DNA of 64,000 bases. Origin: a virus. Lineage: Duplodnaviria > Heunggongvirae > Uroviricota > Caudoviricetes. The notes beneath the pieces were generated by a model, which was not told the origin of the DNA, ran no database searches, and saw only the letters and a program-made list of their open reading frames with translations. A program made the position numbers and the translations under genes. Positions 44,709 through 52,924 of the stretch are shown piece after piece. Every line of letters starts with the position of its first letter. Position 1 is the stretch's first letter. The stretch lies in the IMG/VR virus record IMGVR_UViG_3300017992_000017, positions 33,418 through 97,417 of that record, one strand, 5' to 3'.

Positions 44709-45734
44709 TTAGCTGATCCCTTTCTCAACGAATGTCTGGGGATCGATCAGTCGGACATCCGCCGTACCGTCCGGGTTGCACTTGGCGAACTTCACCCCCG
44801 GTCCATCAGGGAGCTCAGCCATCTTCCGGGACGCATCCTGTAACGCACGTTCGCATGCACCCGCGACACTGGGTCCGTCCGTGTCCCCCCCCTGCACAGC
44901 TTCCTCCAGACACTCCTTGTACTGGCTCTCATGCACCCAGACGGAGAAGTTGGCGTCGAACTGGCCAACCGAGTCCAGGGAGAAGAGAAACCGATCAACA
45001 CCTCGGTCACGGAGGATGTCGGCGATCTTCTCGGGGGAGGCGTCCTGACCGTAGTGGAGTCCGTGCTCGAAACCGTCCTCGATCAATCTGTACCCGGCAT
45101 CCTCAAGATCCACAGACTGCAAGGTGCAGCACTTGCCGTGCTCTCCCTCGATCGACTGCAGGTACTCTTCCAGGAGCAGATCGTCGTGAAGCAAGCAGAC
45201 GTCGCAGATATCGCCACAACCAAAGTCGACATAGGACTTTTGCCAGCAGTACGAGTTGCCTGTGGTACGCACGAGCTTTCCACACTCATCGCAGGTCGTC
45301 CACTCATCGTCCCACTCGATCTCGACCCCTAGTTTCTGCAATAGATCACCAACACGGGACGGGGTGTTGTCGACCACGCGCCGCTTCCCGTTCACGTACC
45401 GGTCCTTGTCATTCCAGTTCCCTGTCGCGATGATCCCTGACTCCGGATCGTCGTACTCAGGCTCGGCGTACCCATTCCCGCACAGAAAAACCTCCTCCCC
45501 GAAATCACCGGCCGCACGTAAGATCGTCTGCACCCGTTCGGCGACCCAAGAGGTGATCGTCGGTGGGTTGTCGCCAATCTTCCGAGCCACGTGGGGTTGC
45601 CGGTCGATGTAGATCACCCGGGACCGGACGGCCTGTACCTCGATCCCCGGGAGGGATAGCTGTTTCTCCCCCCCAAAGAGGGAGCTGAGGGACTCTTGCG
45701 CTTCTTGGATACTAGCAAAGTGGCATGGTTTCAT
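44709..45734 (-). CDS. hypothetical protein
   Basis: ATG 45734 after an AGGAGA SD. Internal CDECGK...CGDICDVC. Confidence 0.5.
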   Translation of the reverse strand: MKPCHFASIQEAQESLSSLFGGEKQLSLPGIEVQAVRSRVIYIDRQPHVARKIGDNPPTITSWVAERVQTILRAAGDFGEEVFLCGNGYAEPEYDDPESGIIATGNWNDKDRYVNGKRRVVDNTPSRVGDLLQKLGVEIEWDDEWTTCDECGKLVRTTGNSYCWQKSYVDFGCGDICDVCLLHDDLLLEEYLQSIEGEHGKCCTLQSVDLEDAGYRLIEDGFEHGLHYGQDASPEKIADILRDRGVDRFLFSLDSVGQFDANFSVWVHESQYKECLEEAVQGGDTDGPSVAGACERALQDASRKMAELPDGPGVKFAKCNPDGTADVRLIDPQTFVEKGIS

Positions 45735-45790
45735 GGTATGTCTCCTGGGAATTTCCCGAAATACCCTCTCAGAGCTCCTGTGCGGCCGTC

Positions 45791-45997
45791 TCACGCGTTT
45801 TCGACCGGTGCAGGGTGACAAAGTCCAGTTTGCAGTAGAGCCGCTCCCAGACGTCCCCAGGAGCCTTGGAGCTTCCAGATCATGTCCGAATCGATTAGGG
45901 ACTGCACCCCGGCGATCAACTCTTCCTCGGAGTCGATCTCCCCAGTCTCGTAAGCTAGGATGAAGTCAAGATCGGTGGTGGTAGGGTCCTGTGGCAT
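45791..45997 (-). CDS. hypothetical acidic protein
   Basis: 68-codon ORF. Confidence 0.4.
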   Translation of the reverse strand: MPQDPTTTDLDFILAYETGEIDSEEELIAGVQSLIDSDMIWKLQGSWGRLGAALLQTGLCHPAPVENA

Positions 45998-46047
45998 GGT
46001 TTGGTGTCCTGGGTTTCGTGAATTCTCGGATAGTTGAGGGTTGAAAA

Positions 46048-46071
46048 CCGGCTCGCCCGAAGGCGAGCCGG
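46048..46071 (-). terminator. rho-independent terminator
   Basis: 10-bp stem CCGGCTCGCC/GGCGAGCCGG with a 4-nt loop, followed on the minus strand by TTTTCAA. Lies just after the stop of 46121..47194. Confidence 0.6.
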
Positions 46072-46120
46072 GTATGGAGACTACCTACTCATTACGGACG
46101 AGGTACTGCTCCAGACTGTA

Positions 46121-47194
46121 CTATCGAGAGAAGTTCTGTCCGTGCCACTCGATCGTGACCAGGACGGAGCGGCTACCTACGGTTCCGTCGCACTGCTCGC
46201 ACTTGCCGTAATGGAGTCGCAGGTCGTGTTGAGCATCATCCGGGATCAGCGTCTGGAGCACCTGGAACCGCTCCCAAGCTTCCTTGTCGAGTGACTCCAG
46301 GTCCTCAACACCGAAGTCAAGATCCCCGTCACACCCGTACCCACACTCCTCGTCGCTGGCGTGGGGTATGTCGTCCGACTTCAACCGCTCGTACCGGGGG
46401 AAGTCGTCCAGAGGGGCGAACAGGTGATTCCGGAGGAGGTTTCTCGCCTCATCGGACGGGAGGAGACCGGCAGCGAGGCGTTCGATCTGGTCCGTGCTCC
46501 CGTGGTGCAGGACAAAGGTGTCGAGTGCTTTGGAGAAGGCTTCCTCCTGTTCTTCCTTGGCTTTCTCCTCAGCCTGTTCTCGCTCGTATTCCTCAATCCG
46601 TTTCTGCACGGCTTGCTGCTTCCGGTCCTCGTTTTCTTTCTCCAGATCCGCGAGCCACCCCTGCGCCTCCGGGGAGCTTGTGACCTCTTCGTCGGTCGGG
46701 AGTTCGTAGCCTACAGGCCAAAACGGTTTAAGCTGTTGGTATTCTCCACTACAGGTTCGCGGATGCTTCCCCGGGTCCAAGACCGTCCACGATCCGTTCT
46801 CCTCTAACCGCAGACCAAAGTATCGCTTCTCGTTTTCTCTGGTACGTCGCTCTCGCAGGACCTCCAAGTGACGCTCTCGCGACTCCGCTCTCTTCTCCTG
46901 TGCTCTCGCGGCTTTCTTGGCCTTCTCCTCTCGTTTTCTCTCGATACGGTGGTCGAGTGCCTTAGCCAACTCCTCGACTGTTGGCTCGACCAGCGAATAG
47001 TCATGGTACTCTTGACCGATCCGTTCGCTGCTGTAGTCTCCGTTGCCAAGTCCTGCGACCCGTGCCAGTTCCTCCCTCTGCTCTTCGGTTAGGTCTGCAA
47101 TCTGTTCCTCCGAGAGGTCCAGGGACTTCGGACCGCTCACGGCCTTACCGGCACGCACCGCAGCAGCAGGACTCACGTAAATAGGTACCAACAT
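46121..47194 (-). CDS. hypothetical Glu/Lys-rich protein
   Basis: ATG 47194 after a GGGGAGGA SD (track start is GTG 47230). Long charged helical region. Confidence 0.5.
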   Translation of the reverse strand: MLVPIYVSPAAAVRAGKAVSGPKSLDLSEEQIADLTEEQREELARVAGLGNGDYSSERIGQEYHDYSLVEPTVEELAKALDHRIERKREEKAKKAARAQEKRAESRERHLEVLRERRTRENEKRYFGLRLEENGSWTVLDPGKHPRTCSGEYQQLKPFWPVGYELPTDEEVTSSPEAQGWLADLEKENEDRKQQAVQKRIEEYEREQAEEKAKEEQEEAFSKALDTFVLHHGSTDQIERLAAGLLPSDEARNLLRNHLFAPLDDFPRYERLKSDDIPHASDEECGYGCDGDLDFGVEDLESLDKEAWERFQVLQTLIPDDAQHDLRLHYGKCEQCDGTVGSRSVLVTIEWHGQNFSR

Positions 47195-47293
47195 CGAAAT
47201 CCTCCCCAGGCCAAGCCTGTTTTCAGCCACCCCAAGAGTGGCTTCTGGTATGTCACCGTCTACCCCCGGTGACTTGGGGTTAGTTGTTCTCTC

Positions 47294-47653
47294 TCACAAG
47301 GCATGCTCGATATCACCCGTCCGCGCCGCATCTTCCGAGTCGTACACCGGCAGCCAGGCGTACCTATCTACGTACGGGTGGTGATACTCCCGCCGCTCGA
47401 CTTCTTCTGCCTCGGTCAGGAGCACTTCCTTGACGATGTGTATGCCAGACGAGGTGGGTATGCTCGTCCAACCCATAATTTCGATGACCTCACCGACGCA
47501 GTTCCCTTGTTCGTCGTACACGTCGTCCCCCTGGATCTCAAACACCGTGTCCGCGAAGTCATCCCCGCAGGCATGTACTGCTTTGTGCGCGTCGTCGAGA
47601 TCATCAAAGACACTTCGTTCACCGTACGCTTCGTGGTCAATTACGATCGCCAT
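47294..47653 (-). CDS. hypothetical protein
   Basis: ATG 47653. The longer track ORF would overlap the upstream gene. Confidence 0.45.
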   Translation of the reverse strand: MAIVIDHEAYGERSVFDDLDDAHKAVHACGDDFADTVFEIQGDDVYDEQGNCVGEVIEIMGWTSIPTSSGIHIVKEVLLTEAEEVERREYHHPYVDRYAWLPVYDSEDAARTGDIEHAL

Positions 47654-47678
47654 AGCAAGTCTCCCTATTCCAATCTCC

Positions 47679-47936
47679 TCAGTCCAATGAAAGCGACCAG
47701 TCATCACCCACTGGGACGATCGTGGCATATTTCAGTTCCCTTGCCTGCACCTCTCCCGGCTGGTTCCCCGTATAGACCAGGATCACGCGTCGACCTTCGC
47801 GAACGTAGTGATCGGCGTCTCCCAGTCGAACCAGAGGCACAAACCCGTTCTTCTGTAGAAACTCCCGGACGTGTTGTGCCGTGGGAAACGCGTCGTCAAC
47901 CTGTCGGACTAGGGTCGTGTTTGCGTAGAGGGACAT
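47679..47936 (-). CDS. hypothetical protein
   Basis: 85-codon ORF. Confidence 0.45.
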   Translation of the reverse strand: MSLYANTTLVRQVDDAFPTAQHVREFLQKNGFVPLVRLGDADHYVREGRRVILVYTGNQPGEVQARELKYATIVPVGDDWSLSLD

Positions 47937-47938
47937 GG

Positions 47939-48142
47939 TCAGTTCTCCTGTTCTCTCCCGTACATTCCGATGGTATTCACGAGGTGTGCCTGCAAGGTCC
48001 TGGTTTCATCCTGATCGATCAGAAAGCACGCGAACTGGATCACGGCGGCGACAATCTCCTCCCCGGACGCCTCGTACTCATCCATCACCCCGCCAATGTC
48101 CTGCACGATGAGGTCGACTTTGGACTCGTTCTGCTCGGTCAT
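47939..48142 (-). CDS. hypothetical protein
   Basis: 67-codon ORF. Confidence 0.4.
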   Translation of the reverse strand: MTEQNESKVDLIVQDIGGVMDEYEASGEEIVAAVIQFACFLIDQDETRTLQAHLVNTIGMYGREQEN

Positions 48143-48342
48143 GCGTCATCTCCGTGGTGTACTTCGTCGATCGCCTTCTGTAAGACACCCCGTATCTTGC
48201 GTGGATCTATCCCGTACCGAAGGAGCACCAGAGAGTCAGCGATTGCGTGGTACAACGTGTTCCGCTCACACCCGATACACCGACTTGTGGTCAGCATATC
48301 CACTTCGAGTCGATTACAGATCTCGCAAGGTTCGTGGTTCAT
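48139..48342 (-). CDS. hypothetical zinc-ribbon protein
   Basis: CEICN...CIGCE. ATGA overlap with the downstream gene. Confidence 0.4.
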   Translation of the reverse strand: MNHEPCEICNRLEVDMLTTSRCIGCERNTLYHAIADSLVLLRYGIDPRKIRGVLQKAIDEVHHGDDA

Positions 48343-48636
48343 TCCTCATCTCCGTCAACCCGTTCCCAGTCTCCCAAAGGCCCCGGCTCGGTCGCGAATC
48401 CGAGTAGTGACCGCTCGCGAAACGGTCCCACGCGTTTTCCGGGGTTCGCCGCTCAGGTTGTACTAGTCACGCATGGCTCGTCCCTCCGTCTACGTAGCTT
48501 AGCAGGTGCCTGGACCCCCTGCCACGGTCTCTATTCGCTCTCTTTCAGCTTCGTTCTCTCATGGCGAATAATGCCAGCTATACCTAGAGAAAACCACTCG
48601 GATATCCCACGATAGGGACGGTTCGGCAGAGCAAGA

Positions 48637-48846
48637 TCAGGACGGATAGTAGGAGCATGAGTCACTCTCAACGCGGATCAGCTTGTAGACGTCGTACCAA
48701 GTCAGGTCGCAGTCGATGCAGACCATTCTCTGAGTCACGTATGGGGGGTTGAGGTCTAGAGACCCGCCCTCGATCTGATAGCTGTGGCAGACGGGACAGA
48801 AACCACCGTCCTTTTCAACGTATTCCTTCTCGAATTGATAACACAT
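48637..48846 (-). CDS. hypothetical zinc-ribbon protein
   Basis: ATG 48846. CPVCH...CIDCD. Confidence 0.4.
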   Translation of the reverse strand: MCYQFEKEYVEKDGGFCPVCHSYQIEGGSLDLNPPYVTQRMVCIDCDLTWYDVYKLIRVESDSCSYYPS

Positions 48847-48848
48847 GG

Positions 48849-49160
48849 CTAGCCCTCCAGGTTGTACTGAATGGAAACGTGGTACCAGATCTCGCTGAAG
48901 TCGTCCCCGAAAGGATCGATCGCTTTGGGTACGGTTGGCCACTCCTCCAGACCGGCATCTTCCAGGAGTTGCTCTTCCAGGTCCTCCGTGTCCACACCCT
49001 CCTCGGCGATCTGTTCAAGGCAGTCCTCGATCGCGTCGGCCGGGTGATTGCCGATACCTGTTCTCACGTGGTCGAACAGGGTGCCGCTGGTCCCACACCC
49101 CTGGAAGTATTGGGAATGCTCTATCCCGTGGTCGATTACTTCAAACTCGGTCACTCGCAT
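48849..49160 (-). CDS. hypothetical acidic protein
   Basis: ATG 49160 (MRVTEFEVIDHG...). The upstream part of the track ORF is translation of the 28-bp repeat. Confidence 0.45.
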   Translation of the reverse strand: MRVTEFEVIDHGIEHSQYFQGCGTSGTLFDHVRTGIGNHPADAIEDCLEQIAEEGVDTEDLEEQLLEDAGLEEWPTVPKAIDPFGDDFSEIWYHVSIQYNLEG

Positions 49161-49294
49161 TCTGACGTGTACCCGTTCCCGTTCCCATTCTGACATGCAC
49201 CTGTTCCCGTTCCCATTCTGACATGCACCTGTTCCCGTTCCCATTCTGACATGCACCTGTTCCCGTTCCCATTCTGACATGCACCTGTTCCCGT
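49159..49294. repeat. 28-bp tandem repeat, ~5 copies: ATTCTGAC(A/G)TG(C/T)ACC(T/C)GTTCCCGTTCCC
   Basis: Head-to-tail copies starting at 49159, 49187, 49215, 49243 and 49271 (last one partial). Noncoding, since the period is not a multiple of 3. Confidence 0.85.
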
Positions 49295-49388
49295 TGGTTT
49301 CGTGTCCTGTACTCATTTTCTCATCCCTGGTATTGTACGGAGTCTAGTTTGAGAGTCAACCCTGTTTGTCGGAGATTCTCGAAATTTC

Positions 49389-49982
49389 TCAACAGTGGCG
49401 AAAGATATGCAACTGCCCACTCGGTCCCTGGAGACTGTAGTTGTCCCCGATGAAGATGTCCCGTGCGAATTTCTCATAGTCGATGTAGAACTGGAGGTAG
49501 TCGGGGACTTCGTAGCACTCGTCGAACAGGTATTCGGCGTAGTCTTGCTCCGAGTCCCATTCCCCGCAATACGCTTCCTCGAAACCCTCAACCGTGGCGT
49601 GGTCGATCCCCTCATGGTCGACATAGCACGCGTAGGCTTCCCCGTACTCAGCGATCTTGGCTGCGAGGTCGGCCACTTCCTCGATTCCCTGGTACTCGGC
49701 GATCTGCACCCCGCCGAACCCTTCGTAGTCGTGGATTGCCCACTCTTCGGAGCTTGGGACCTTCCCGTCCTTGCACTCCTCACACCCTGCACCCTCACAC
49801 TCCGGACAGTCCACAAGCACGTTCGGTTCCGGGGAGGATCGGAGGATGACCCGGATCTCCTCCATGATCTCCTCAGCGTCCCGGTCTGCATCGATCCAGG
49901 CACCGTGCAAGATCCCAGCATTGTAGCTGGCCAAGCAGGCGACATAGATTCTCGGGGTATCGTCGACTTGTGTGATGGTCAT
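49389..49982 (-). CDS. ardA: ArdA-family antirestriction protein with a Cys4 insertion
   Basis: PRIYVACLASYNAGILHGAWIDA, EEWAIHDYEGF, FEEAYCGEWDSEQDYAEYLFDE, YIDYEKFARDIF. Insertion is CPECEGAGCEEC. Confidence 0.8.
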   Translation of the reverse strand: MTITQVDDTPRIYVACLASYNAGILHGAWIDADRDAEEIMEEIRVILRSSPEPNVLVDCPECEGAGCEECKDGKVPSSEEWAIHDYEGFGGVQIAEYQGIEEVADLAAKIAEYGEAYACYVDHEGIDHATVEGFEEAYCGEWDSEQDYAEYLFDECYEVPDYLQFYIDYEKFARDIFIGDNYSLQGPSGQLHIFRHC

Positions 49983-50015
49983 GCTCTCACTCTTGGGGTT
50001 GGAGTAGGCGGTGTA

Positions 50016-50783
50016 TCAACGACTGTACTCAATCTCAGCACTCTTGGCCAACTCCAGTTCGTCGGCGTCCAGGTGACCGGCCATTCCGTTTGTCTCCGGG
50101 TTGTCGCCGTAGAATCCCGAGCAAGAGTCGACATGCTCCCACTCCAGATGTCCACAACACTCGCACGGTTCACACTCCTCGACCACAAACCCGTAGACGT
50201 CTCCCCGAATGTACTGGTCGTAGGTCTCGATCTCGACTTGCAGATGCCTACGCGTACCCTCTCGGATGGTCACCTGTTCTCCGTTGTGGTCCTTGTATGT
50301 GGTATCCCAATCACCCGAACTGCCGATCAGCCAGTTCTGTTTCGCGTCGTCCAGGGATGCGTATATGTACCCGACCTGTCCAGAATCCCAAGGACACTGG
50401 AACGGACTCGTACTGATCGTGATCCCAGAATGGTCGAACAGGTAGACTGGCAGGATGACGTAGTATCGATCCAAAACGGCGTCGACCAGAGACCTTACGT
50501 GCTTGTCAACCTCCTGCCATGCCGTACCGTGGTCCCCGTCGTACTTGTCGATCAGCCTGTAGTAGCCGTCGTTCTGCCAGTACTCGATGATATATCCCAA
50601 CCGTGGGCATACCAGGACGGCTAGATACTCTTGGTACTCTTTCTGGGTCAGTATGGGTTGCTTGTCCCCCAGAGCGTATCGAGAATGCCAGGTTACAACC
50701 GTTCCCAGGTTGTCCCAGTCACGGGGGGTTTCGTGGGCCTCCTCGGCAATGATTCGGACTCGACGTTGTTTGGTGGCTGACAT
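50016..50783 (-). CDS. conserved hypothetical protein
   Basis: 255-codon ORF (PRDWDNLGTVVTWHSRYALGD...LPVYLFDHSGITIS). I recall this pattern next to ardA on plasmids and phages but cannot name the family. Confidence 0.5.
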   Translation of the reverse strand: MSATKQRRVRIIAEEAHETPRDWDNLGTVVTWHSRYALGDKQPILTQKEYQEYLAVLVCPRLGYIIEYWQNDGYYRLIDKYDGDHGTAWQEVDKHVRSLVDAVLDRYYVILPVYLFDHSGITISTSPFQCPWDSGQVGYIYASLDDAKQNWLIGSSGDWDTTYKDHNGEQVTIREGTRRHLQVEIETYDQYIRGDVYGFVVEECEPCECCGHLEWEHVDSCSGFYGDNPETNGMAGHLDADELELAKSAEIEYSR

Positions 50784-50863
50784 CGGTTCTACTCCCTGTT
50801 CTCTTTCCTACAGTTGGGACACTTTCTAGAATTTCCAGGTCGTTGGAAACTCCTCTGTCCTGT

Positions 50864-51190
50864 TCATGCGATCCCCCATTCTGCCTTGTACTGCCGGAGC
50901 CGCTCGATGCACTTCGGATTACCACTCTCCAGGATCAGAAACGCGTACGAATTCTCCCAGGCCGTGAGTCTCTCGAACCGTCCCCAGCCGTACTCTTGCT
51001 CCCTGGACTCGGACCCGTTGCCGATACTGAACGCGTGAGGATTGGCCGAGGGAGAGAACTGGATCATCACCTCCCCGTTCTCAAAGGTGGTCTCCTGCCA
51101 TCGCCATCCCTTATTGGCGAACTTGGCCTGGAGAGCGGCAACTCTCGCGAAACCGGACATGGGGATCGGCCGTTTGCAGGCGGTGGACAT
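50864..51190 (-). CDS. hypothetical protein
   Basis: 108-codon ORF. AAACTATACC motif 16 nt upstream of the ATG. Confidence 0.5.
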   Translation of the reverse strand: MSTACKRPIPMSGFARVAALQAKFANKGWRWQETTFENGEVMIQFSPSANPHAFSIGNGSESREQEYGWGRFERLTAWENSYAFLILESGNPKCIERLRQYKAEWGIA

Positions 51191-51254
51191 TAGGTTCCCT
51201 TTCTAGGTATAGTTTGCACGCTGGACACTTTGGTTTCGGGAATTCTCAGAAGAG

Positions 51255-51587
51255 CTAGTTGAAGTCAGGTAGGTCTCCGTTGGCCAGGTAGCAGAGACAA
51301 TCCTGACAAGCTCGCTCCCCGTGGACAATTTCGTTGTTTTCGTTCACTCCATGCCACGGCTCAAAGTCCCCACCCAGAACGGAGCTACAGATATCACACC
51401 CCAACCGGGAAAAGAACGGCTCAGCATGTACCTCCCCAGACGACCAGAGATCTTCAAACTCTTCCGGGGTCGAGTCCGGTGCGTATTCTTCCCGGCAAGT
51501 CTCACACCCAGGACAGATACCCACCGACACGAATTCCAGTCCCTCCAGGTTCGATTCGACGGCTTCCACGTATTCGTCAACGGTCAT
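51255..51587 (-). CDS. hypothetical Cys-rich protein
   Basis: ATG 51587 lies inside a 20-nt cassette (TGAGAAAGGGTACATCATGA) that recurs at 52452-52433. Confidence 0.5.
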   Translation of the reverse strand: MTVDEYVEAVESNLEGLEFVSVGICPGCETCREEYAPDSTPEEFEDLWSSGEVHAEPFFSRLGCDICSSVLGGDFEPWHGVNENNEIVHGERACQDCLCYLANGDLPDFN

Positions 51588-51600
51588 GATGTACCCTTTC

Positions 51601-51891
51601 TCACGCCGGGTTTCGTAGGTGATTGAGGTTCCGGGAGACTGTCCGACCGCTCCCACGCATGACGCTACAGAAGAGGTCCCTGTTCTCCTCGATCGTCTGG
51701 AGAGCACAAAGTACCCATCCCCGGCGAAGAGCTACCGGTACGCGTCGGAAGTCCTTTGGTCGGCACTCGCGCAACTGTTCTTGGACCGGCGACATGCAAT
51801 GCACCCGGCCGAGGATCTGACGTACGATCCCATAGTTGCTCCCGGTAAGCTCTTCCAGGGGACGTTCGGGGTTGATGTTGAGGTCTAGCAT
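51601..51891 (-). CDS. hypothetical protein
   Basis: 96-codon ORF. Confidence 0.35.
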   Translation of the reverse strand: MLDLNINPERPLEELTGSNYGIVRQILGRVHCMSPVQEQLRECRPKDFRRVPVALRRGWVLCALQTIEENRDLFCSVMRGSGRTVSRNLNHLRNPA

Positions 51892-51929
51892 GGGCTCCCT
51901 TTGGTCATGCCACAGAAAATGTGACGTTG

Positions 51930-52142
51930 CTACACGAAAAGTGGCAAGCTCTTCAATGCGTCTCGGACCTGTTCTCCACGATCACAACAGGCCAAGAGAT
52001 GCACGGTTTGGGGATCTTGAGGTCTCGCGGCCAGAGATCGCCACGGTACGCTCCGACCCATGAGAGACGCAGCCCGACGCAGATAGACCCGGTGCCGGTG
52101 GGAGATAGGCTCGCCGTCATGCCTGGAGTAGTGATTGGCCAT
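51930..52142 (-). CDS. hypothetical Arg-rich protein
   Basis: GGAAAGGGA SD upstream. The composition is atypical. Confidence 0.3.
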   Translation of the reverse strand: MANHYSRHDGEPISHRHRVYLRRAASLMGRSVPWRSLAARPQDPQTVHLLACCDRGEQVRDALKSLPLFV

Positions 52143-52208
52143 TTTAGATCCCTTTCCTATTCGAGAATCGATTCGATTTGCAGTACTTTGACGGACACGC
52201 TGTACCCT

Positions 52209-52436
52209 TTATCTGATACTGTTTCCGACTGCCAGAAACGCGCCGACCAGTTCCTGAGACGGATGGACAACGCGTGGCTCGACCAGGGGAAAGTCACGGT
52301 GGTGGTTCTCGATCGTATCTTGCCGGTACCGAAACGCGACTCTCCGATCCCCGGTCACAAGCTCCGTCACCCATGCACCCTGACGATATCCCACGTCAGA
52401 GAACACTTTGACGGCAAACAGGTCTTTCCGGATCAT
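52209..52436 (-). CDS. hypothetical protein
   Basis: ATG 52436 lies inside the conserved 20-nt initiation cassette, directly downstream of tRNA-like unit 2. Confidence 0.4.
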   Translation of the reverse strand: MIRKDLFAVKVFSDVGYRQGAWVTELVTGDRRVAFRYRQDTIENHHRDFPLVEPRVVHPSQELVGAFLAVGNSIR

Positions 52437-52475
52437 GATGTACCCTTTCTCAGTCTCTCAAGTGAAGGTGTAGGC

Positions 52476-52583
52476 TGGGACGGCAAGGGACTCGAACCCT
52501 GTACCCGGTTGCAGTCGTGGAGATGAGCACTTTCCCCGGCGACTGCTTGTGCTCGCCGAATAGTCTCCCGTTAGACCCGTCCC
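52476..52583 (-). ncRNA. tRNA-like RNA, unit 2 (108 nt)
   Basis: Minus strand: perfect 7-bp acceptor GGGACGG/CCGTCCC, discriminator A, T-loop GGGTTCGAGTCCC. Internal helices GGAGA/TCTCC and GAGCAC/GTGCTC. No canonical D arm or anticodon loop. Confidence 0.5.
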
Positions 52584-52595
52584 GTGATGTAGGCG

Positions 52596-52676
52596 TGGGT
52601 AGGTGAGGCTGCGAACCTCAACTGCCATGGTCGTCCGGTACCTGGACTGACTGGCGTGTCCCGTCGAACCCTACCC
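52596..52676 (-). ncRNA. tRNA-like RNA, unit 1 (81 nt)
   Basis: Minus strand: perfect 7-bp acceptor GGGTAGG/CCTACCC, T arm TGAGG-TTCGCAG-CCTCA, discriminator A. The 5' GTTCGACGGGA resembles the tmRNA D-loop analogue. The central hairpin GTCC-AGGTACC-GGAC lacks U33 and R37. Confidence 0.55.
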
Positions 52677-52681
52677 GTGAT

Positions 52682-52787
52682 GTATTATGGTGCCGGGGGA
52701 TCGAGCAAGCAGGCTATACCTCGCAAGTCCCGACTCCCCCGGACACCCTTGTTTGTGATCTTGTTCCCGCTCGCACCACCATAATAC
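52682..52787 (-). other. long structured element upstream of the tRNA-like units
   Basis: 11-bp outer stem GTATTATGGTG/CACCATAATAC encloses an 8-bp stem CCGGGGGA/TCCCCCGG. The 3' side reads ...TCCCCCGGCACCA. Confidence 0.35.
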
Positions 52788-52924
52788 CAGTATCGCCAAA
52801 CAAGACAAGACCCCGACAGTGATTTTCCGAGAATCGCTATAATTGGCTGGTTTCGTGGGTATAGTTTCTAGAAAAGTTTTCACTGGACACTTTAGAAAAC
52901 GGGAATCATACCTGCCTTGCGCAT

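Noticed and set aside
47303-48466. 387-codon plus-strand ORF
   Set aside because: It is antisense to four consecutive small minus-strand genes that have SDs and coupled stops and starts. Its composition is Arg/Pro/Ser-rich.
49395-50624. 409-codon plus-strand ORF
   Set aside because: It is antisense to ardA and its partner gene, both supported by conserved motifs. It has a Val/Asp/Leu/Pro-rich mirror composition.
52476-52787. Full-length tmRNA (ssrA)
   Set aside because: The units are only 81 and 108 nt. I saw no resume codon or tag reading frame, no pseudoknot series and no encoded CCA on the two clear units. Only the tRNA-like-domain resemblance is retained.
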